Source: Thainema sp. (GTDB lineage: Bacteria; Cyanobacteriota; Cyanobacteriia; Phormidesmidales; Phormidesmidaceae). From it: 35,303 nucleotides of DNA. The notes under the pieces were generated by a model. That model made no database searches. It saw only the letters and a list, made by a program, of their open reading frames with translations, and was not told the origin of the DNA. Made by a program: the position numbers and the translations under genes. This document shows positions 29,073 through 35,303 of the stretch, piece by piece (position 1 is the stretch's first letter; each line of letters starts with the position of its first letter). The stretch spans positions 1 to 35,303 of the forward strand of contig JBQLZK010000070.1 in NCBI GenBank assembly GCA_052168235.1, read 5' to 3'.

Positions 29073-29216
29073 CAAGGCATAGGTGAGAGCAGGGGTTCGG
29101 AACGGTCAGGATAGATAAAACTCGCTAGCGCTCCAGCTTTGATCTTAAAACCCAAATCATAATCTGGGGCAAATGGGCTGATTTTATCGAGTTGCAGGGC
29201 ATATCCAAAGCTTTTT

Positions 29217-29304
29217 GTAGGTTGGGTTGAGCAGCGCGAAACCCAACACTTAACCGAGTTATAAACTCACTCGTTGGGTTTCTATTTCACTCAACTCAAC
29301 CTAC
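29217..29304. repeat. REP doublet, GTAGGTTGGGTT family, copy 2
   Basis: GTAGGTTGGGTTGAGCAGCGCGAAACCCAAC ... GTTGGGTTTCTATTTCACTCAACTCAACCTAC. Confidence 0.85.
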
Positions 29305-29330
29305 TTAACTGCCCAATCAACATAACTAAA

Positions 29331-29927
29331 TTAGGCGGCTGAAGTACTGGCCCGATCAAATAAGGCTAACCAGAGGCGACGAACACCGCCGGGATTGCTG
29401 TAGAACAGCAGATCGATTAGCAGCTTGAACGCTAGATAGGTCAGGCTACTGGGCGATGCGTCATCTCCATCTTCCATCCGTTCCTGATACAGATTACAGA
29501 AGTTATCTAAATAGTCTCCCAGGAGGGCAACCCGGTGGGGTTCTTTGTCCTGTTCGCTGACTTGCTCTAGGAGTGTCACCGCCCGCCGAATGATCTCCTG
29601 ATGTTGGTTCGCCAGATGGCAAATAATCAGCACCAGCGATCGCGCTTCTTCCACGTCCATTTTTTTGCGACCCTGACCTTTACGCAAGGGGCTAGACTGA
29701 CGCAGTCGCCAGAGGGCAACGCGGTCGGCCACGACTGATTCCAAATGCAAATCGGCAGCAGCTTTTAACATGGCATCTGAGCCAATATCGGCCAGAGCCT
29801 CTAGCGCCAGTAAGACTAAGTCCAACTGCGCTTTGATGTTGTCAAGCTGCTGTGGATTCGGCTCTTGGGGAATCGCTAGGCTTTCCCAAGGCGGGGAAGA
29901 TGGAGGCGATGTCATCGTTGGAGACAT
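29331..29927 (-). CDS. DUF3038-like cyanobacterial protein
   Basis: QLDLVLLALEAL, DRVALWRLRQSSPLR, LLIDLLFYS..G.RRLW. Sits upstream of the DUF4335-like gene. ATG 29927 preferred over TTG 30023. Confidence 0.8.
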   Translation of the reverse strand: MSPTMTSPPSSPPWESLAIPQEPNPQQLDNIKAQLDLVLLALEALADIGSDAMLKAAADLHLESVVADRVALWRLRQSSPLRKGQGRKKMDVEEARSLVLIICHLANQHQEIIRRAVTLLEQVSEQDKEPHRVALLGDYLDNFCNLYQERMEDGDDASPSSLTYLAFKLLIDLLFYSNPGGVRRLWLALFDRASTSAA

Positions 29928-30369
29928 ACTTTTATTAAACGATTCAAATAGAGATGTATATAGCGGGTTGCAAGTATTGAAACAGGACGAACGACAAAGG
30001 AGTGAAGTTTCCCAACTTAACATCTTGCACTAAAACCGAGGGAGGTTATTGTGCCGCAACCTGGCGGCGGCACAATCGCTGCTAAACACACATAGTTTGG
30101 CTAGGCCAAGTGTTTACAAAAAATTATCGGGTTTTAGCCAGACTTCGGATTAAACTTCTTTTACCAAAGACCGATCTAGAGTTCTAGCTCCGGAAGGTAC
30201 AAATTTTGGACGGTCTCATCAAAATATTGGCATTCTAAGCTTGATCGAACTTGATCCCGGTAGGTCTCTAAGCGAGTTGTGGATTAATCCGAAATAAGCA
30301 TGACATTTTGGCGGACAGCGCCTACAATTGCGCTACCACAATTGTTATCGAGAAAAGCAAAGGCGACTC

Positions 30370-31299
30370 ATGGTTCAGTCTGAGCAAGTTCGCGTTCCTC
30401 CATCAGAGCTATTTTCGGTCAATCCTCCCCCCGCAACCGGTGGGATTCTTCATCCTGGATTTTGGCTCTATATCGTGCAGACTCGTCCCCTCTGGGTACT
30501 AGGCTCGATTTGGTTGGCTACTGCGATCGCAGCTTTGGTTGCCATTAACGGCCTGTTGAAACCAGCAGAGTTTAATACAACTCAAATCACCGAAAATCCA
30601 GACGGCACCGTGGAAGTCACCCCAGTTCAGCCGAGTGAGGAACTGCCGCTGTGGACGTTGGGCGCATTACTCGGGGGCTGCATGGCCGGGTCGGTGGTCG
30701 TAACTGCGATCGCAAATCGCCCACCCAAGTCACCCGCTCAGAAAGAATACGAAAAGCGCCAAAAAGCTCTGTCGAAAGCCAAGGCTAAAGCCCGCCGGGC
30801 CAAGTTGGCCGCTAAAAAGGCAAAGGCCAAGCCCGTTTTCGAGCAAGGGCCGAAAAAACTGAAGCCATTTTATGAAGTTGAAGTCACTTCACTGTGGCCC
30901 GACGGTACCCCCTTAGACCTGCCGATGGCCGATCAGCCCATGATGGAACCGCTGGTGACTGAACAGGGAGTTGTTCCGGCTCCAGTTGCCGCGCAGGTTA
31001 GCGCGCAGGTTAGCGCTCAAGTTGCGATCGCACCTGAACCCACTCAACCCCAACCTAGACCGATCAATACCCATCGACCCTCAACGGCGTTTACCCGACT
31101 CATCGCCCATTCTCCTCAACCCTCAGCCGCCGCTCGTTCACGTCAGCCCGTCGCCCAATCTTCTCGGCCTGTTCCGTCAACGCAACCTGACATTACCGTA
31201 TTACCTGCCGACACCGTTCACCCGCTCGACTGGTCCGACGACGGACTCGCCCAAGCCTTCGACATCCGCAAACAAGTCCCCCTCTCCGCCTGGCTCTAA
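30370..31299 (+). CDS. Hypothetical membrane protein (2 TM, Lys-rich and Pro-rich segments, C-terminal HPLDW...DIRK motif)
   Basis: Long ORF with two hydrophobic helices. The C-terminus resembles a cyanobacterial family found upstream of coaD (from recall, not verified). Confidence 0.7.
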   Translation: MVQSEQVRVPPSELFSVNPPPATGGILHPGFWLYIVQTRPLWVLGSIWLATAIAALVAINGLLKPAEFNTTQITENPDGTVEVTPVQPSEELPLWTLGALLGGCMAGSVVVTAIANRPPKSPAQKEYEKRQKALSKAKAKARRAKLAAKKAKAKPVFEQGPKKLKPFYEVEVTSLWPDGTPLDLPMADQPMMEPLVTEQGVVPAPVAAQVSAQVSAQVAIAPEPTQPQPRPINTHRPSTAFTRLIAHSPQPSAAARSRQPVAQSSRPVPSTQPDITVLPADTVHPLDWSDDGLAQAFDIRKQVPLSAWL

Positions 31300-31400
31300 C
31301 CCCATCACCACTAACCATCCCCCCTGTTCACCCTCCCCACCCATCCACCCTCCTACCCACTACTCCTCTACTCTCCTACCCATCCACCCTCCCACCGCAT
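31300..31400. repeat. C-rich short tandem repeat tract (CACCCATC-like)
   Basis: ACCCATCCACCCTCC occurs twice. Shares 20 bp with the 10074-10093 reverse complement. Confidence 0.75.
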
Positions 31401-31443
31401 AAGACAATCCAAAATGTCTGCATCCGTCTGCGGGACAGTCCGA

Positions 31444-31449
31444 TATAAT
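31444..31449 (+). promoter_or_regulatory. Candidate -10 box for coaD-cdv3
   Basis: TATAAT ~33 nt upstream of the GTG start. Confidence 0.4.
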
Positions 31450-31481
31450 CGCTTCAGCAGTTCATCATTCATTTCTTGAGC

Positions 31482-32003
31482 GTGATCGCAGTTTATCCAG
31501 GCAGCTTTGACCCAATTACTCTTGGCCATCTTGACGTTATTGAGCGGGGTTGTAAACTGTTCGAGCGTGTCGTTGTCGTCGTTCTGCGAAATCCCAACAA
31601 GACACCGCTATTTGATGCTTCCAAGCGGATGGATCAGATTCGTTATTCAACTCGGCATTTATCCAATGTTGAAGTGGATAGTTTTGACGGGCTGACCGTC
31701 ACCTATGCTAGAAAGCGAAATGCTCAAGTGCTGCTGCGTGGACTGCGTGTTTTGTCGGATTTTGAAAAAGAGCTGCAAATGGCTCACACCAACAAAACCC
31801 TGTCGGATGACATTGAAACCCTGTTTGTAGCAACTTCAACTGAATACGGCTTTTTAAGCAGTAGTTTGGTTAAAGAAATTGCTCGATTTGGGGGACCCAT
31901 TGACCATCTTGTTCCTCATCATGTCGCTCAGGATATTCACCAATGCTACGCCAAGGCGCACCCAGCACTAATCAAGACGGAAACCCCATCGCCAACGGAA
32001 TGA
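31482..32003 (+). CDS. coaD: Phosphopantetheine adenylyltransferase
   Basis: [39 protein letters not shown] 31482 is the likely start. Confidence 0.97.
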   Translation: MIAVYPGSFDPITLGHLDVIERGCKLFERVVVVVLRNPNKTPLFDASKRMDQIRYSTRHLSNVEVDSFDGLTVTYARKRNAQVLLRGLRVLSDFEKELQMAHTNKTLSDDIETLFVATSTEYGFLSSSLVKEIARFGGPIDHLVPHHVAQDIHQCYAKAHPALIKTETPSPTE

Positions 32004-32662
32004 CCAACAGTAGCTCTAATGGGATCGACATTCAGCAGGAGTTAAATCGGCTGGAGGAAATGCTGCTGGACAGCCCTCGCTTGCCGTTTAGCCGCCGGAC
32101 GCTCGTCGATGAAGAACAGATTCTCGATCAGCTCGATCTGATTCGGTTGAACTTGCCGACCGCTTTTCAAGAAGCCACGCAAATTGTGCGGCAAAAACAA
32201 GAAATCCTAGCCGAAGCGGAACAGTATGCCCGCGAAGTGATTGCCGTGGCCGAACAGCAAGCAGCGCAAATCATGGATGAGATGGGCATTGTTCGTCAAG
32301 CAGAAATGCAGGCGGAACAGATTCGTCGCCAAGTGCAGCAGGAGTGCGAGACGGTACGCAACCAAACTATCGACGAGATTGAACGCGCCCGTAATCAAGC
32401 CCGCGACGAAGTCGAAACGATGCAGCAATCTGCGATCGCAGAACAGATGCAAATTCAGCAAGATGCTGATGTCTATGCCGATCAGGTTTTACAGGGCTTG
32501 GAGAAGCAGCTCATCGAGGTAATGCGCATCATTCGGAATGGTCGTCAGCAGCTCGGCCCGGATGTTGCAGTTTCGAAATCGACACAGCCCAAGTCGCTAC
32601 CCCACGGAGCGCAGCGCATGATGGGCAACCGCAATCCTCGCCAAGATCGGCCACAACGATAA
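31943..32662 (+). CDS. cdv3: DivIVA-like coiled-coil cell division protein (Cdv3-like); alternative ATG 32000
   Basis: [15 protein letters not shown]...[12 protein letters not shown] plus a long coiled coil. Directly downstream of coaD, as in other cyanobacteria. Confidence 0.75.
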   Translation: MLRQGAPSTNQDGNPIANGMTNSSSNGIDIQQELNRLEEMLLDSPRLPFSRRTLVDEEQILDQLDLIRLNLPTAFQEATQIVRQKQEILAEAEQYAREVIAVAEQQAAQIMDEMGIVRQAEMQAEQIRRQVQQECETVRNQTIDEIERARNQARDEVETMQQSAIAEQMQIQQDADVYADQVLQGLEKQLIEVMRIIRNGRQQLGPDVAVSKSTQPKSLPHGAQRMMGNRNPRQDRPQR

Positions 32663-32723
32663 AGTCCATAGATTCCATTGACAGCAGATATCAATCGGGT
32701 ATTCGGTAGAGATCAAACGTTGC

Positions 32724-32929
32724 GTAGGGGCAGGTTTAGCTACCTCATTGCGGGTCTCAACTGATTAAGACTTACGCATTTAATGATGTTTTACGGATTG
32801 CAAGATCCCCCCGGCTATCGCCACCCCCTTTATCAAGGGGGCAGGGGAGATCGTAACGCCGCTGATAGTGTTCGTTAGGTCGAACTGCGTAGGTTTCAAT
32901 TGATATTGATCAACAAAACTTGCCCCTAC
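32724..32929. mobile_element. REP inverted repeat interrupted by a ~130-bp MITE-like element containing a CCCCCTT/AAGGGGG hairpin
   Basis: Outer arms GTAGGGGCAGGTTT / AAACTTGCCCCTAC; inner ends AGACTTACGCA / TGCGTAGGTTT; flanks CAACTGAT / CAATTGAT. Confidence 0.72.
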
Positions 32930-33056
32930 AACTTTTTAATCTGGCATAGGATATCTTTACGAGCCACAGATGTGAATGCCACGGTAAAAGAGTCAAATTT
33001 TAATCGGGTCGTTATCGCTACTTGAGAACGACCTCACTAATGGGAGATGAGTTCCA

Positions 33057-34526
33057 ATGGTCTCCGAGAAATTTCGCCGCCAACTGCGAGATGAGGCGCA
33101 GGCTTGGCAGGCAGAAGAATTGATTACCCCATCCCAGTATGAACAGTTTGCCCAGCGCTATCAATTTGGCGAGCTAGACACCGAATCGCGCAACCGCTTT
33201 ATTGTAATTTTGCTCAGTCTAGGCGGCGTTTTGCTTGGGCTAGGCGTGATTACATTTGTTGCCGCCAACTGGCAGGTGTGGCCACGCGGGGTCAAATTTG
33301 GTCTGTTGCTGAGCGTTTTTCTAGCCGTTAACGCTGCCGGATTTTATCTTTGGCAGTCAGCAGATCGGCAAGCTCCCACCGCGCGATCGCGACTGGGTCA
33401 CGCTTTACTACTCTTTGGTGCCGTCACGCTGGGCGCGAATCTGGCGCTCATGGGTCAGCTTTTTCACCAGAGCGGGCCAGCCTACGGACTCTTCCTCTCC
33501 TGGGGATTGGGCGTTTGGCTGATGGCGTTTGTCCTGTCGCTTACCTCGTTGGGCCTCTTCTCGATTGCCCTGCTGGGGGTAGGATACTGGATGGGCTACG
33601 GTGAACTGATGGATATTGGCGTTGCGCCACCGTGGCTGTGGCTGATTGAGCTGATGCCAGTTATTGCCAGCGGTTTGTTCCTTTCTCTAGCCTATCGCTG
33701 TCAATCGCGCTGGATTTTTGGCGCAGGTGCGATCTCAATTCTCTCGTCCTTGGCGGCAGTGATGATTGACCTCTACTGGACTCTAGATGCTGCTTCCGGC
33801 TGGGTAGTTGCGCTGTTCCTGATGCTGCCACCGCTACTGCTTTGGGGCTATGATTCTCGTCTGTGGCAGCGGTTGAGCCGCATGAGCCGTCTACTCACCG
33901 AAACGGAAATAGCCTTTCAGCCGCTAGCCCAAAATTTGGCGCTTTTGGTCTTAGCGGCTCAGTTCTACAGCCTGTCCTACCACTGGTCTTGGGATGACTC
34001 CTTGGAAGCAATCTCGCTGGCCCAACAGTGGCGCTTGTGGTCAGAAGCCGGATGGCCATTTTATTTGGCACTGATGATTTTGGGTTTTGCTCTATTCGCT
34101 GTACTGGAGTGGATTTATCTCAGTTGGTCAGCCCAGCGGCGGCGCTGGCGACTGGATCAAACCTCGTCAGTGGTGCTCTTCTTGATTGTGGCCCAAGCTG
34201 CGATCGCAGTTTGGCACTGGCAAATCGCACCCATTCAGGCTATCGCCACCCTTCTCTTTAACGTTCTATTGTTCCTACTGGCAGTTGGCCTCATGCGGGA
34301 AGGCCTCGGTCGCGGTCAGCGCCGCGCGTTTTGGAGTGGGATGCTGCTGCTGATTCTGCAAATCGTCAGCCGCATGTTGGAATATGACACGGCTCTGGTG
34401 TTCAAGGCGCTAGTCTTTGTTCTCTGTGGCGTCGGCGTAATTCTAGTAGGACTCTGGTTTGAATACTACGTTCGCCGCTTTGGTGGCATTGATCACCCCG
34501 CATTACCGTCTCAGGAGGTGAACTAG
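33057..34526 (+). CDS. DUF2157-domain integral membrane protein
   Basis: N-terminal W....LIT..QY, LGGVLLGLGVITFVAANW, GANLALMGQLFH, many TM helices. Confidence 0.85.
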   Translation: MVSEKFRRQLRDEAQAWQAEELITPSQYEQFAQRYQFGELDTESRNRFIVILLSLGGVLLGLGVITFVAANWQVWPRGVKFGLLLSVFLAVNAAGFYLWQSADRQAPTARSRLGHALLLFGAVTLGANLALMGQLFHQSGPAYGLFLSWGLGVWLMAFVLSLTSLGLFSIALLGVGYWMGYGELMDIGVAPPWLWLIELMPVIASGLFLSLAYRCQSRWIFGAGAISILSSLAAVMIDLYWTLDAASGWVVALFLMLPPLLLWGYDSRLWQRLSRMSRLLTETEIAFQPLAQNLALLVLAAQFYSLSYHWSWDDSLEAISLAQQWRLWSEAGWPFYLALMILGFALFAVLEWIYLSWSAQRRRWRLDQTSSVVLFLIVAQAAIAVWHWQIAPIQAIATLLFNVLLFLLAVGLMREGLGRGQRRAFWSGMLLLILQIVSRMLEYDTALVFKALVFVLCGVGVILVGLWFEYYVRRFGGIDHPALPSQEVN

Positions 34527-34527
34527 A

Positions 34528-35217
34528 ATGGCTGATGCTAATCATCCAACCCATCATCCCGCTGCTAATCCCGCAGCGCGACCCGCTCGCACTAAACTAT
34601 TGGCATTGTTCAGCTTCGCCCTAGCCGTTCAAACGCTGCTGATTTTGCTGCTGCCCATTCAGTCCGCCCGCACCTACTTCACAGGTGAGACCGTGATTTT
34701 GCAAACGGCTCCAGTTGATCCCTACGACATTATGCGTGGCTACTACGTCACCCTCGGCTACGACATTTCCCGTGCGGATGAGTTGCGATCGCTACCGGGT
34801 TGGGAGCAGTTTGAGCCGGAATCAACCGACTACAGAATGCGATCGCGCTTTGCCCAAGCCGACAAAACGCCCTATATCTACGTTGTGCTAGAGCAGCCCC
34901 AGCCGTCTGAGCAGGCGGAATCTTCAGATTCTCAGCCACCCGCTGCCTGGGAACCCGTACGGGTTAGTGCAACCCTGCCGTCGGATTTGGCCGCAAACCA
35001 GGTCGCGCTGCGGGGCAAACTTCAATACGGATGGATTCGATATGGACTGGAATCCTACTATATTCCCGAAGACCAGCGGCTACAGATTAACGCCGAAATT
35101 AGCGATATCCAGTGGCAGAACCAGTCAAAAGGATTCGTCGTCGAAGTGCGCGTCAATGACCAGGGTGACGCGGTACCCACTAGCCTTTGGGTTGGCGAGA
35201 CGGTTTACAAGTTCTAA
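34528..35217 (+). CDS. GDYXXLXY-domain membrane-anchored protein
   Basis: GETVILQTAPVDPYDIMRGYYVTLGY and YGLESYYIPE. Usual partner of DUF2157. Confidence 0.87.
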   Translation: MADANHPTHHPAANPAARPARTKLLALFSFALAVQTLLILLLPIQSARTYFTGETVILQTAPVDPYDIMRGYYVTLGYDISRADELRSLPGWEQFEPESTDYRMRSRFAQADKTPYIYVVLEQPQPSEQAESSDSQPPAAWEPVRVSATLPSDLAANQVALRGKLQYGWIRYGLESYYIPEDQRLQINAEISDIQWQNQSKGFVVEVRVNDQGDAVPTSLWVGETVYKF

Positions 35218-35303
35218 TCTCTGCAAGTTCTCATTTCCGTTCTTCATTCATTAGACTTTATTGGAAATAAAGTTTTTGGGGTTGGAAATTGTTTTGTAGC
35301 GCG

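Larger units (their letters stand above)
1400..34847. repeat. HIP1 octamer GCGATCGC dispersed throughout, often extended to TGCGATCGCA
   Basis: About 45 occurrences seen by eye, e.g. near 1400, 3441, 9903, 18108, 21582, 30523 and 34200. Confidence 0.95.

Noticed and set aside
30971..31402. 143-aa Pro-rich ORF (and the similar 8972-9316 ORF)
   Set aside because: Open only through overlap with real genes and stop-poor C-rich repeats.

Overview
This is a chromosomal window from a cyanobacterium, probably a filamentous Leptolyngbya-like one (inference). The basis is dense HIP1 octamers (GCGATCGC, roughly 45 counted by eye) plus cyanobacterial gene families and synteny. Housekeeping genes are xfp, uvrA, gyrA, lnt, egtD and the coaD-cdv3 pair. 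A minus-strand surface-glycan cluster follows lnt: GT2, GT4, an ABC exporter with a degenerate HisKA-like tail, a GT10-like enzyme, two GT8-like paralogs and a sulfotransferase. There is also a CheB-CheR-coiled-coil-PAS (MAC-type) gene followed by a separate PAS histidine kinase. No CRISPR array, rRNA, tRNA, transposase or prophage gene was seen. The most unusual signals are: (i) two copies of a ~100-bp palindromic element whose 24-25-bp stems differ only by fully compensated substitutions; (ii) a triply nested repeat with a probable target-site duplication; (iii) several GTAG-type REP families; (iv) strand-polarised G-rich repeats, some inside ORFs; (v) the pseudo-HisKA ABC fusion and the split MAC/kinase pair sharing EELQ heptads.
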